The notes beneath the pieces are model-generated. The model ran no database searches. It was not told where the DNA came from and worked only from the letters and a program-made list of their open reading frames with translations. The position numbers and the translations under genes are program-made. Shown here one piece after another: positions 1-10,286 of a stretch of 32,000 bases of DNA. Origin of the DNA: Prevotella phage Lak-C1; the sequence record MK250029.1, one strand, 5' to 3'. Each line of letters begins with the position of its first letter. Within the stretch, counting starts at the first letter, position 1.

Positions 1-1004
1 CCATAATTTTTACCAGGGAATCCACCTGCTTCAAAATTAAATTTAGATAAATTCTCCATAGTAATACCTTCAAATGACATATAAGGCAAAACTCTCCAAG
101 GCATTTGTCTGATTCGTGCTGTTAATTCTGAACAGTTAGAAGGAAAACCAACAAAATTTATTTTAACTTTTCCGTCTAATGGTTGATATGGTTGATTAAC
201 AGTTCTTTCATCATTAAATTCTAATTGAGCTCTATATGTTCCATTAGGTAAACCTGTAAGATTTCCTGTTTTTGGTAACCCTTTATATGAATAAACATCA
301 TTTCTGAATGATGTATTTATTTTCTTAATAAATGAATAATCATTCATATTATAACATTCCATTAAACTTATTGAATCAGTTGATTCAATATCAACAGTTT
401 CATTATCAATCCAACATCTTAATAAATTAATACTAACATCACCTTTATAATAATAGTTATGTTCATCAAATACAGTAGAATATAATTTCTCTTCCTTAAT
501 ATCATCACCATTAACATAAAAGTTTTTTGGATAAACGCCCTTTAAACCGGCACTAATAAAATTGATATTTTTTAAGTCTATTATATTATTAATTGCATCT
601 GAATCTTTTGCGTTTACATATCTTCCAACTTCTAGATTATATCTAAGCAATACATTACTGATACTGAATTCATTAAGTTCATCAATAAATTTCTGCGCAT
701 CATTTAAACGTCTAAAAGATACATGTGTTAAATAAACTTTTGGTTCTTCTGGTTTTTTTGTTTCATAATAAAATGCTACTGTAGATCCTTCTACTTCTGA
801 ATGAACTTTTTTATCTACTGCATTTTTAATATCAATATAGCTATTACTGAAGGTTTGCTCTGTTAAATACGATTCACAATATGTTAACATATTTTTCGTT
901 ATCTTACCTGCAAGATCAGATGATAAGTCATCTCGGTTATCTACAATATCCTCAAAATCATCATCAAATAAACTTTCAATCAAACGTTTTACACATTTAT
1001 TCAT
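1..1004 (-). CDS. Hypothetical protein, partial (runs off left edge; no TAG seen)
   Basis: Continuous reverse-strand frame from ATG at 1004 (MNKCVKRLIESLFDDDFEDIVDNRDDLSSDLAGKITKNML...) to ...NFEAGGFPGKNYG at the window edge. Absent from the ORF track, probably because it has no stop in the window. Confidence 0.8.
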   Translation of the reverse strand, partial: MNKCVKRLIESLFDDDFEDIVDNRDDLSSDLAGKITKNMLTYCESYLTEQTFSNSYIDIKNAVDKKVHSEVEGSTVAFYYETKKPEEPKVYLTHVSFRRLNDAQKFIDELNEFSISNVLLRYNLEVGRYVNAKDSDAINNIIDLKNINFISAGLKGVYPKNFYVNGDDIKEEKLYSTVFDEHNYYYKGDVSINLLRCWIDNETVDIESTDSISLMECYNMNDYSFIKKINTSFRNDVYSYKGLPKTGNLTGLPNGTYRAQLEFNDERTVNQPYQPLDGKVKINFVGFPSNCSELTARIRQMPWRVLPYMSFEGITMENLSKFNFEAGGFPGKNY

Positions 1005-1045
1005 ATTTTATAATTAAAAATTAACTTTTATTATTTATTAAAAAG

Positions 1046-1081
1046 AAAAGGTACAAGTTATATTATCTAACTGTACCTTTT
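1046..1081. terminator. Hairpin terminator
   Basis: aaaaggtaca(a)gtta ... taactgtacctttt, 14-bp stem with one bulge. Confidence 0.6.
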
Positions 1082-2253
1082 CCGAAAGCTTTATTAATAT
1101 CTCGCTTAATTTCTATTATCGTATTCTTTATATATGTTTTATCATAATCCAATATATAATCTTTAAATCTACTACCATTATACTTATATCCTTTAAGTTC
1201 ATGAAATAACTATAATACACGTCTTAAACAATCTGTATATGTATTATTTTCTATTTTATATACATCTAATACATCATATATTTTTTGTTTTATATCATTA
1301 AACTATTTCTTTAATACATAAAAATCTCCTTCTGTATTATGGATTAACCTGTTAATACCTTTTGATGTATATCCTGTAGATATAAGTAATGCTCTATCTA
1401 CTAATGTATTATATTTGTTAAATGGTGTTCTTATTTTTAGATTTAAGACTGTATTGAAATTCGTATCTGATTTTTGTCCAAGTTTTTTAAAGGTACCATC
1501 TTTATTAAATTCACAATCAATTGCAATAGGTGCAGGCATAACATATGTTTTAAAATATTCAGCTTCACCTGTTTCTGAATTACAGAAATAAAAGAAAAAT
1601 ACAGTAGTAATATTTCGAAGACATGTTTGACATTTATTTTCTTTTATTTCCAACTATCGCATATCATTTAAAATCTAATCAATACCTTTCATTGCATTAT
1701 TAACTTTACCCTTAAATGTATTATCATCAAAGAAACTACATAAAACTGATTTAACTTCTATATATGTTTCATCTCCATTTGGATATGTTAATTTAATATC
1801 TGGACATTCATTCCTACCATTTGGTTCATGTTCAATTTTATAACCATCGGTTTCTGAAAATATTCTATGTACAATATATTCTGATGTATCATGACATAAA
1901 GTCATAAGCATTGAATCTTTATATAACAGTTTATTTTCATATGACATAAACTATGTTAATGAGCCATTAAATGTAATATCTTCAGTATCTTTATAGATTT
2001 CTGTAAAATTCGGTTCTGGTAATGAAAGTGTTAAATAATAATCATCCATATAAGTATAAATGGAATTGTACAATTTATAGAACTATCGTTTATACTCATC
2101 ATCAGTAGAATACTCTAACCACTATCGAATACTTTCTTCCAAATCATTTGCTACAAAAATACTATCATCTAATGATGATAGAAACTATCGTCTTTCCTAT
2201 GGATTATTAATACATTTAAGAATACGCTACGGACTTTTTGATTTATTTAACAT
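1063..2253 (-). CDS. Hypothetical protein with PD-(D/E)XK nuclease-like motif; TAG-recoded, about 396 aa
   Basis: ORFs 1675-1947 and 1303-1653 share one frame separated only by TAG. The read-through frame starts MLNKSKSPQRILKCINNPQERRQFLSS and ends ...INKAFGKGTVR-TAA. Internal PDIKLTYPNGDETYIEVKS resembles PD...ExK. Confidence 0.8.
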
Positions 2254-2298
2254 TTTTTATTTTAGATTTATTTTAATACATATTATAATGAAACTGTA

Positions 2299-2658
2299 TT
2301 AAAAAGTCTTTTTAAAATTAATCAAAGATTCAGTTATATTTATAATTGTATCTCCTTTATAAACTGTTTCATTGAAATGATATTCATCTATAAGTTTCCC
2401 TTGTTTTGTCCGTATATTTAATTTCACATTAAAATTTAAAACATCATTATCTTCATCAGACACAATTAAATATTCATCATCAAATTTCATAATTACATGA
2501 TGTTCAGAATGTTCGTCTCCTATTAATACATTTAAATTGGTTATACAATAATTTTTAATTTTATTCTTTACAATAACATTAAATCTTTTATCTGATAATT
2601 TTCGTTCATTATTTTTATTATCATTAAAAATATTTCTTAATAACGTAATCAATTTCAT
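2299..2658 (-). CDS. Hypothetical protein
   Basis: Complete ORF MKLITLLRNIFNDNKNNERKL..., TAA stop. Confidence 0.7.
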   Translation of the reverse strand: MKLITLLRNIFNDNKNNERKLSDKRFNVIVKNKIKNYCITNLNVLIGDEHSEHHVIMKFDDEYLIVSDEDNDVLNFNVKLNIRTKQGKLIDEYHFNETVYKGDTIINITESLINFKKTF

Positions 2659-2691
2659 TTATTCTTAACAATTTATTTTCACCTAAAAATA

Positions 2692-2724
2692 AAAAGGAAT
2701 ATACTATCACAATATATTCCTTTT
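2692..2724. terminator. Hairpin terminator
   Basis: aaaaggaatata-ctatcacaa-tatattcctttt, perfect 12-bp stem. Confidence 0.65.
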
Positions 2725-2743
2725 ATTTTATATATTTTGTCTT

Positions 2744-3295
2744 TTATTTATATTTAACCATATAATTAAATACCTGATCAAATGTTGATCCAATTGACCA
2801 GAATTCTTTTATGTCTTTTATACTTTCATCTGCTACTATAACAGTTGTATCATAAAATTCATTATCATAAACTTCCGTTAACTTTCTTAATTCATCACTT
2901 ATTATACAAATTGTATTTTCTGTTTGAAATTGTCTTGTTAACTTCAATTCTTTATCATCATTATATAAATTATATGGATATTCTTTATAAATGTCGATAA
3001 TAGGATTTATAGCAATGAGATTTCCATCATAAAAAGATTGTAACCAGAAGTATGCTGCAGGTCCATCTGTTATAACACATGCATATTTGTCTATACATGC
3101 ATATATAGTTTCAGAATCAATTTCCATCTGTATGTTTTCTGGTACATAATTATATTGTTTCTGTATATCATTAAATAGTTTAAAGACTATATCATAATTA
3201 TCACCATAACAAAATTTTATTTGTTCTATAAACATATTATAACGTTTATCAGTATTATAATCATGATCAAGAATAATTAAGATTTTTTGTTTCAT
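2744..3295 (-). CDS. Hypothetical protein
   Basis: Complete 183-aa ORF MKQKILIILDHDYNTDKRYNM...; intergenic on both sides. Confidence 0.75.
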   Translation of the reverse strand: MKQKILIILDHDYNTDKRYNMFIEQIKFCYGDNYDIVFKLFNDIQKQYNYVPENIQMEIDSETIYACIDKYACVITDGPAAYFWLQSFYDGNLIAINPIIDIYKEYPYNLYNDDKELKLTRQFQTENTICIISDELRKLTEVYDNEFYDTTVIVADESIKDIKEFWSIGSTFDQVFNYMVKYK

Positions 3296-3445
3296 AATTC
3301 AAAACATATTTTAATTTTAACTATGTTTGACATCGTTTTTAAAAATAAACAATTAATATTTCATTTTTATCCTAATTATTACTAAAAATACATATATATA
3401 ATATTTATTTAATAAACAATTGTAAACTTTACACTTATTAAAAAT

Positions 3446-4309
3446 ATGAAGATAATAGATTTTACGCAATATAAAAATGTTTATTTCTTTGGTGATCCAC
3501 ATGGAATAAACATAATTTATGATATATTACGTTCATATGTAAATGAAGATAATATATCAGATAATTCCGTTATATTCTCTTGCGGAGATAACGGTGTCGG
3601 TTTTTATGATATTAAAACAGATTCTAATAAGTTGAAACTATGTAATGATATATGTATCAAACATAATATTCAGTTAATATTAATACGCGGTAATCATGAT
3701 AATCCTGATTTATATAAAGAATCATCACCTTTGAATAAAAGTAATATATCATTAGTTGATGATTTCACTGTAGTTAAAACAGCAGATTATAATATCATAT
3801 GTATAGGTGGTGCAATATCAATAGACAGAACAGATCGAGTTCTTAATAAAACATATTGGAAAAATGAAGGAACAAGAATATTAGATGATGAATTAAAAGA
3901 AGAAATTAAATCATTAGATTTTAATATTGATATTGTTTGTTCACATAATTGTCCTACATATCAGAAACCAAGAGATGAATATCCATTAACATCTGATAAT
4001 CCATTGTTTAATTGGTCCATATGGGACTCAAAACTTTTAGATGATAACTTTATAGACCGCAGTAATTTGGATGCGATACACAAAGAATTAAGTATGTCTA
4101 ACAAGATTAAATACTGGATCTATGGTCATTTTCATAATCATTATGATTCAATAGAGAATAATCCTAAATTTATTTGTCTTGACATGTATTATAAGAATAT
4201 AAAAATACTAAAGAAAACTAATAACTCTTTAATATATAAAACAGGTCCTGATATTTTAGATATACATAATATCTATAAGTTTAATCAAATTAAAATAAAA
4301 GAAATTTAA
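3446..4309 (+). CDS. Calcineurin-like metallophosphoesterase
   Basis: Motifs FFGDPHG, SCGDNGVG, LIRGNHDNP, CSHNCPTY, YGHFHNHYD in canonical order. Confidence 0.9.
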   Translation: MKIIDFTQYKNVYFFGDPHGINIIYDILRSYVNEDNISDNSVIFSCGDNGVGFYDIKTDSNKLKLCNDICIKHNIQLILIRGNHDNPDLYKESSPLNKSNISLVDDFTVVKTADYNIICIGGAISIDRTDRVLNKTYWKNEGTRILDDELKEEIKSLDFNIDIVCSHNCPTYQKPRDEYPLTSDNPLFNWSIWDSKLLDDNFIDRSNLDAIHKELSMSNKIKYWIYGHFHNHYDSIENNPKFICLDMYYKNIKILKKTNNSLIYKTGPDILDIHNIYKFNQIKIKEI

Positions 4310-4316
4310 TATACAA

Positions 4317-4667
4317 ATGGTAACAATATTTATAGGGTTTATAGGATTTGTATTATGTCTTATACAATTAATCATATTTGATTGGTTCACTAAAAAATTT
4401 ACATATACAAATAAATGGTTTATATATAATAATTTAGAAAAAAGAGAAGATTCAAAGCCAATAAAAATAAAACGGTATTGGTATATCTTATATTGTATAT
4501 GTATGTTAATACCTATAGTTAATTTATTTTTATTCATAATCTGTTTCTTCATGTCATTCATGATGAGAATGGATTATAATTACTATTATAATGGAAATAA
4601 TATTACAGTATTAACATTAATAAAATTTAAAAATAAATTAAAATATTATTTAAATACAGAAGTATAA
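4317..4667 (+). CDS. Small membrane protein, two predicted hydrophobic segments
   Basis: MVTIFIGFIGFVLCLIQLIIF... and YILYCICMLIPIVNLFLFIICFFMSF. Confidence 0.7.
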   Translation: MVTIFIGFIGFVLCLIQLIIFDWFTKKFTYTNKWFIYNNLEKREDSKPIKIKRYWYILYCICMLIPIVNLFLFIICFFMSFMMRMDYNYYYNGNNITVLTLIKFKNKLKYYLNTEV

Positions 4668-4714
4668 AAATTAAGGTTCTAATCTTATTCATAAAAGATT
4701 AGAACCTTAATTTT
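4667..4714. terminator. Bidirectional terminator between convergent genes
   Basis: aaaattaaggttctaatctt-attcataa-aagattagaaccttaatttt, perfect 20-bp stem, 8-nt loop. Confidence 0.85.
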
Positions 4715-4735
4715 ATTATAATTATATGATAAATG

Positions 4736-5533
4736 TTAAATAACACATTTTTCACCACAATATGGACAGAACTTAAATTTTGAATTAAGTTTTCTTCCAC
4801 AATTAGTACAATATATTTTATTCAAATCACTTGTCGTATATGGTTTCCTTGATTTAGGAAGAATCTTTATATATTCTGTTTTAAATGGATAATTTTCAAA
4901 TTCATTATTTACTGTTTCAAATTTCTGATTTGAATAACCACCATTTTCAATTCTACCTGTTTCAATAGTAGTATTATTAACATTAGTTTTATATAAAGCT
5001 TTATTATATGTATTTCCATCAATACTTGCACAACAACAGTTAGTAACATTATTTGTTAATAAAACATTATTATTAGTATCTGAACATGTAACTACAGTAT
5101 CATAACTTGGAACAGTATATGTATTTTGATTAGAAATTAATGGACTCTCTTTCCATAAAACATTTAATGTATTATAAATATTTGTTTTAATTCTTGATGA
5201 TACTCTTTCTTTATAAAACTTTACAGTAATATTACCATTATTCGCAATAGCATGTTTTACCTGTACATCATTATCATCTACTTCATAAGTAGAAAATTTA
5301 AATTTAACCTGATTATCCAAATAACGTTCTAACCATACTCTCTCACCTGGTTTCAAAACTAACATACCATCCATATCTTTACCATTAAATGTAAATGTAA
5401 CACCAACAGTAAACTGTTCAGGATTAAATAACTGAATTTGGAATTCATCATTATTGTCCATATAAACAACACGTGAATCTTCATTTGTAGAATACTCTTT
5501 CAAAAGAGATTTGTTAATAGCTAACTAAGCCAT
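4736..5533 (-). CDS. Zinc-ribbon protein, TAG-recoded N-terminus
   Basis: Track ORF extended through TAG to ATG at 5533 (M A Q L A I N K S L L K E Y S T...). C-terminal YCTNCGRKLNSKFKFCPYCGEKCVI. Confidence 0.75.
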
Positions 5534-5882
5534 CTTCTTTTCATTAATAATCATAAGTCATATATAATTTATTTTAAACTTATCTATTAAACTTTCAATT
5601 CTATACAAAATTTCAAAAGTACTTGAATAATACTCAGTCTAATAGAAATATCATTATCTAATTTTAATTGTAATAGATATAAATTAAAAAATAATTTTTC
5701 AAATATAAATATCTATCTTTAACTTAATATACTATATTAATTATACTACAATATTTATAAAAAGTTTATATTTACTAATAAATTTTAAAAAATAATTTAA
5801 TGAATAAAAAATATTTACATTTCCGAAAGACTTACCTTACTAAATTCATTAAATTATTAAAAATTATAAATAAATTTTTTAC

Positions 5883-5963
5883 ATATTATATATAATATCT
5901 ATCACAACCTTAAATACTAACATATTTATTATACTTGAGTTCTGAGAAAAAGTCTACATTTTT
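5883..5963. repeat. Intergenic direct repeat, copy A
   Basis: atattatatataatatctatcacaaccttaaatactaacatatttattatac...gagaaaaagtctacattttt; second copy at 6126-6206. Confidence 0.8.
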
Positions 5964-6070
5964 TCTAAATATTTTTAAATTTCATTAAAAATAATTTATA
6001 ACTAATTAATATTCAATAAATTAAATAAATTAAATAAAATATTTTTCATATAAATTAATATAAAATAAAA

Positions 6071-6105
6071 ATTCAGATCTAAATTATATAAATTTAAATC
6101 TGAAT
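6071..6105. other. Intergenic hairpin
   Basis: attcagatctaaattatataaatttaaatctgaat; 8-bp + 6-bp stem separated by one mismatch. Confidence 0.5.
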
Positions 6106-6125
6106 TAAAAATAAAATTTTTTCAT

Positions 6126-6206
6126 ATATTATATATAATATCTATCTCAACCTTAAATACTAACATATTTATTATACTGAGCTTTCTAGAAAAAGTCTAC
6201 ATTTTT
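6126..6206. repeat. Intergenic direct repeat, copy B
   Basis: atattatatataatatctatctcaaccttaaatactaacatatttattatac...agaaaaagtctacattttt; one mismatch over the first ~52 nt versus copy A. Confidence 0.8.
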
Positions 6207-6294
6207 GAGAATTATTTTTTAACTATTTTTAATGATATTTTTTTAAACTTTACAAATAATATCTAATATAACTATAGAAAATTAATTTAATTTA

Positions 6295-6834
6295 ATGGAT
6301 ATGGATTTTAATACTAAAGTATAGTTTACGAGAACACGTAATGTAAAGATGCCTAATAGAGCAAATAAGCATGATGCAGGTACAGATTTTTTTGTGCCTT
6401 ATTATAATTAGGAGTTTCTTGTTGATTTGATTAAGAAGAATACAGGTAATAAGATTTTCTATAAGATTGAGAATGATGATTTGTTTATCACTATTCCGGC
6501 TGGTGAACAGGTAATGATTCCATCAGGAATCAAGGTATGGATTAATGATAAGAGAACATATCTTCAGGCAACTAATAAATCTGGTGTTGCTTCAAAGTAT
6601 CATCTTGATGTTATGGCAAATACTATTGATGCAGATTATCAGGGAGAAGTTCATATTAATCTTTGTAATAATGGTAATACAGACATTACCGTTCAGACCG
6701 GTCAGAAACTTGTACAGTTTATTCATCAGATTTATCTTGATACTGATTGGGTTGAAATGGATGAGAAAGAATATGATGAGATTGAAGTATCAGACAGAGG
6801 TGATGGAATGGCAGGTTCTACCGGAACATTCTAA
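6295..6834 (+). CDS. dut: dUTP diphosphatase, TAG-recoded
   Basis: Read-through of TAG at 6322 and 6409 gives MDMDFNTKVQFTRTRNVKMPNRANKHDAGTDFFVPYYNQEFLVDL...; HDAGTDF, SGVASKYHLDVMANTIDADYQGEV and C-terminal RGDGMAGSTGTF match trimeric dUTPase motifs. Confidence 0.92.
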
Positions 6835-6857
6835 AAAAATAAAATATATTTAAGAAT

Positions 6858-7379
6858 ATGAATAAGCTACGTAATTTCGAGTTTGAATATAATGGAGAAA
6901 AATATTGGTATTCACGTTCTATAACAGTTGCAACTTGTATTTTCTGTAAGGATTCAGACGGAAATTGGTGTGCATTAATTAATAAAAGAGGTAAAGGTTG
7001 TCCGACTGCTGTTGGAAAGTGGAATGTGCCTGCAGGATATTTGGATCATGATGAAGATATATGTTCATGCGGTATGAGAGAAACATATGAAGAAACTGGT
7101 CTTATTATTCCAAGGGTATTAATGAATTTTTACGCAATTAATTCAGTTCCAGATACAAAACGACAAAATGTAAATGTGATATATTATGTTGTTCTTCCTG
7201 GTGTTATTGATGATTATCAGTTAACAACTGAACATTCAGAACCAGATGAAGTAGATGATATAATGTTTATACCAATATCAATGATATTTACATCTGATAT
7301 ACAGATTGCATTTAATAATGATAACATTTTATTGGACGTATATAATAAGATTATCATTAATCATAATAAAAGTAAGTAA
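6858..7379 (+). CDS. Nudix hydrolase
   Basis: Nudix box GYLDHDEDICSCGMRETYEETGL fits GX5EX7REUXEEXGU. Confidence 0.9.
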   Translation: MNKLRNFEFEYNGEKYWYSRSITVATCIFCKDSDGNWCALINKRGKGCPTAVGKWNVPAGYLDHDEDICSCGMRETYEETGLIIPRVLMNFYAINSVPDTKRQNVNVIYYVVLPGVIDDYQLTTEHSEPDEVDDIMFIPISMIFTSDIQIAFNNDNILLDVYNKIIINHNKSK

Positions 7380-7385
7380 TTTTTT

Positions 7386-7417
7386 ATCCTTGAATTATTT
7401 TATAATAGTTCAAGGAT
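7386..7417 (+). terminator. Rho-independent-like terminator
   Basis: atccttgaa-N14-ttcaaggat followed by TTTTTT. Confidence 0.65.
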
Positions 7418-7440
7418 TTTTTATTATAAATTATTTAATG

Positions 7441-7448
7441 TATCTTTG
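7441..7448 (+). promoter_or_regulatory. Bacteroidota-type -7 box (TAnnTTTG)
   Basis: TATCTTTG upstream of the 7506 gene and downstream of a terminator. Confidence 0.55.
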
Positions 7449-7505
7449 TAAAAGTAAACAAAATAGTTTTTTACTATTATAATAATTTATAATTGATAAA
7501 AAATA

Positions 7506-7904
7506 ATGGTTATGGGACTTAAATTTAAAAATCAAAATCCAATTTCTGATAATAATACATTAAAAGTATATTTCTGTACAGAGGATGTACATAATGATCC
7601 GGATGATGCATGGTCAGATGAACTTATTACTATAGTATATCATATTGCGGCAGCAACAGTAGATGATGCGATTGATATTTGGATAGAAAAATATTCTGAT
7701 ATTACATGGAAAGATAAAACAAGAGAGGATTTTAACAGACAAGATTATTGGGATGCATGGATAGATCATAACAGGGAAAAAACTTATAATGTATACTTAA
7801 ATAAAATTTTAAAATTAAAAAGGAAACTAAGTAAATCAATGATAGAAATTCCAGGTATTTTTTATATTGGTAAACCTTGTGTACTTTTAAAATCAAAACT
7901 ATGA
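7506..7904 (+). CDS. Hypothetical protein
   Basis: Complete ORF ending TGA that overlaps the next ATG at 7901. Confidence 0.75.
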   Translation: MVMGLKFKNQNPISDNNTLKVYFCTEDVHNDPDDAWSDELITIVYHIAAATVDDAIDIWIEKYSDITWKDKTREDFNRQDYWDAWIDHNREKTYNVYLNKILKLKRKLSKSMIEIPGIFYIGKPCVLLKSKL

Positions 7905-8296
7905 AACTAAAAATTAATATAGAAAAATATTCAAACTATTCATCAGATAGTGATAAGGAAGTTAGCACGAAGGAAATTGAATTTGATGATAAAATGTTTG
8001 ATGAAATAACAAGACCTTTAAAAACAAAAAAGAAAGTTAAGAAATGTTTATGGTGTGCAACATTTGATGATAGACTTATTGTGAATTATAAGGGTAAACA
8101 TACATATACAAGTGAAAAGAAACTTTATAATGGAATCATCGCAAATTTTGAACAATTATTTAAACATTATAAGATAGATGATTATAAATATGAACCATTA
8201 ACTTATATTCAATATGATTTTAAAGAATTGTTAGATAGACTTTTGAAAGAAAACAGAATAAAGTTTCATAGTATTGTTTTAGAATCAATTGAATAA
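7901..8296 (+). CDS. Hypothetical protein
   Basis: MKLKINIEKYSNYSSDSDKEV...; ATGA overlap with the upstream stop favours 7901 over 7877 as start. Confidence 0.7.
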   Translation: MKLKINIEKYSNYSSDSDKEVSTKEIEFDDKMFDEITRPLKTKKKVKKCLWCATFDDRLIVNYKGKHTYTSEKKLYNGIIANFEQLFKHYKIDDYKYEPLTYIQYDFKELLDRLLKENRIKFHSIVLESIE

Positions 8297-8299
8297 TAT

Positions 8300-8956
8300 A
8301 TGAAAAATATAGAAATTTATTTACCAGAATATATCAGACAACATTATATCTTATCATTTATGTACGGATCATTTGTTTATGGTACAAATACAGATAAATC
8401 AGATAAAGATATAATTGTTATCGTTGATGATAATATTGAATTAGAAAATTCTGTTAATGGAATTAAGGAAATTTTTGTAATTGATGGAATAACTGAATAT
8501 GATTTTCAGATTATCAATAACAATACATTCAAAAAGATGCTCTACGAACATCATATAATCGCCGTAGAGAGTTTATTTATGTCATCTGATATGTATTCAA
8601 GTATTGAACTTTTTAACTCGTTATACGCGAAATATTTCATTCTTGATAAATGGAAATTGCGGCAGGTTATTTCAAAAATAGTTGGAAATTCTTATGCGAA
8701 ATGTCATAAGAAGTTAACAGTAGAAAAAGATTATGATTTATATAGATCACAAAAATCATTATATCATTGTATACGATTATATATGTTTGGAATTCAAATA
8801 GGAAAAACAGGAAAGATATATGATTATAGTGAAGCAAATCATTATTTAAAAGAAATATTAGATAAAAAATATTCATGGGAACAATATAAAAAAGAATATA
8901 AACCATTACTTAATAAATTAAGAAGTGAAATGGTTTTATATTGTCCTAAACCATAA
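8300..8956 (+). CDS. Nucleotidyltransferase-superfamily protein (RlaP-like)
   Basis: FMYGSFVYGTNTDKSDKDIIVIV matches GSxxYGTxTxxSDxD; downstream TEYDFQII. Confidence 0.75.
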   Translation: MKNIEIYLPEYIRQHYILSFMYGSFVYGTNTDKSDKDIIVIVDDNIELENSVNGIKEIFVIDGITEYDFQIINNNTFKKMLYEHHIIAVESLFMSSDMYSSIELFNSLYAKYFILDKWKLRQVISKIVGNSYAKCHKKLTVEKDYDLYRSQKSLYHCIRLYMFGIQIGKTGKIYDYSEANHYLKEILDKKYSWEQYKKEYKPLLNKLRSEMVLYCPKP

Positions 8957-9103
8957 AAATAAAAAAATATTTGAAAAAAATTATTTAAAAACTAAACTTT
9001 TTAAATGATATTCAATATTATATATGTTACTTGTGTGAATATCAAGTAATTAATTTTTAATTTTAATATTTTAGTTAATAACAAATTTTAAATTTTTTAA
9101 AGT

Positions 9104-10153
9104 ATGAAGAAGTTTATTTTTATGCTTATTGCAATGTTTACATTTGCAATTGGTTCAATTAACGCACAGACACAGAATGACTATGCAGGTTCTAGTAAGT
9201 TTACTGATAATGTTTCAGTAACACTTCAGGGTGGTGTTCTTACATCATTTGATAATTTTTATAGTGGTCATACTGCAATGGCACCTATTGTTTTGATTGG
9301 TGCAGATAAGTATGTAACTCCTTGGTTGGGATTTGGTGTAGAAGGTCGTACACTTATTGGTACAGGTCATGGTAGTTATAATACATATACTGCTTTTGAT
9401 TATGTTAATGTAAGTGGTCTTGCAAAGGTTAATCTTGCTAATGCATTTAAGTTTGATGGAACACGTAAGTTCTTTGAGCCTGTTGTTTATACAGGTCTTG
9501 GTTGGGGACATCAGACAGCAAGTTATGGAGATAATCACAATAATTGGATGACTTATCGTGCAGGTGCAGAGTTTAATTTTAATCTTGGTGAGGATCGTGC
9601 ATGGGGTATTGTTGTAAATCCATCAGTTGTTTGGAATGACATTGACAATGGTAAGCTTGTAAAGAAGAACGGTAGTTTTGAGATTACAGCAGGTGTTGTT
9701 TATCGTTTCAAGAATTCAAATGGAAAGCGTTCATTTGCTAAGGCACATCTTTATGATGCAGCAGAGGTTGCAGCTCTTAACAAGAAGATTAATGAGCTTG
9801 AATCACGTGAACCTGTTGTAATTGAGAAGATTGTAGAGAAGCCTGTTGCAACTAATACTGTTGCAGGTGTTGGCTCAAATGTGTTTATTGCTCCATTTAA
9901 GTTTAATAGTTCTGAGCTTTCTGATAAGTGTAAGTCAGTACTTGATAATATTGCAGAGGGCACAACAGTTGTAATTGATGCATATGCATCTTCTGAGCCA
10001 AAGAGTTCTGCAAAGTATAATACAAAGCTTTCTGTAGAGCGTGCAAATGCAGTTAAGAAGTATCTTGAGTCACGTGGCGTTAAGGTAACAGATACCACAG
10101 GACATGGTATGGATGATGATTTTGGTCGTGTTGCTATTGTTACTGTAAAGTAA
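9104..10153 (+). CDS. OmpA-family outer membrane protein: signal peptide + beta-barrel + C-terminal peptidoglycan-binding domain
   Basis: MKKFIFMLIAMFTFAIGSINAQ signal; barrel-like repeats; C-terminal FKFNSSELSDKCKSVLDNIA...YNTKLSVERANAVKKYLESRGVKVTDTTGHGMDDDFGRVAIVTV. Confidence 0.9.
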   Translation: MKKFIFMLIAMFTFAIGSINAQTQNDYAGSSKFTDNVSVTLQGGVLTSFDNFYSGHTAMAPIVLIGADKYVTPWLGFGVEGRTLIGTGHGSYNTYTAFDYVNVSGLAKVNLANAFKFDGTRKFFEPVVYTGLGWGHQTASYGDNHNNWMTYRAGAEFNFNLGEDRAWGIVVNPSVVWNDIDNGKLVKKNGSFEITAGVVYRFKNSNGKRSFAKAHLYDAAEVAALNKKINELESREPVVIEKIVEKPVATNTVAGVGSNVFIAPFKFNSSELSDKCKSVLDNIAEGTTVVIDAYASSEPKSSAKYNTKLSVERANAVKKYLESRGVKVTDTTGHGMDDDFGRVAIVTVK

Positions 10154-10189
10154 TAAAAGTAGTTTAAAGTTTAATAATAATTTAATTTT

Positions 10190-10220
10190 AGTGTGATTAG
10201 AATTTATTTCTAGTCACACT
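10190..10220 (+). terminator. Terminator after OmpA-like gene
   Basis: agtgtgattagaa-tttat-ttctagtcacact (13 bp, one G-U) then TTTTTT. Confidence 0.75.
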
Positions 10221-10242
10221 TTTTTATTTTATAATAATTGTG

Positions 10243-10250
10243 TATCTTTG
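10243..10250 (+). promoter_or_regulatory. Bacteroidota-type -7 box
   Basis: TGTATCTTTG between terminator and gene at 10287. Confidence 0.6.
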
Positions 10251-10286
10251 TAATATAATATATTGTTTAAACAGAAGTTATTTAAT

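Noticed and set aside
4256-4561. Reverse ORF 4256-4561, and similarly 8667-8906, 9245-9538, 9751-10098, 11340-11552, 14798-15076, 16125-16418, 24953-25228 region, 25655-25837, 27804-28073, 29050-29349, 30997-31206
   Set aside because: Antisense or out-of-frame to better supported genes; hydrophobic or low-complexity translations typical of AT-rich shadow ORFs.
5534-6294. CRISPR array
   Set aside because: Only two long imperfect copies about 160 nt apart, with no regular short repeat-spacer pattern.
6545-6853. Forward ORF 6545-6853
   Set aside because: Overlaps dUTPase out of frame; dUTPase motifs define the real frame.
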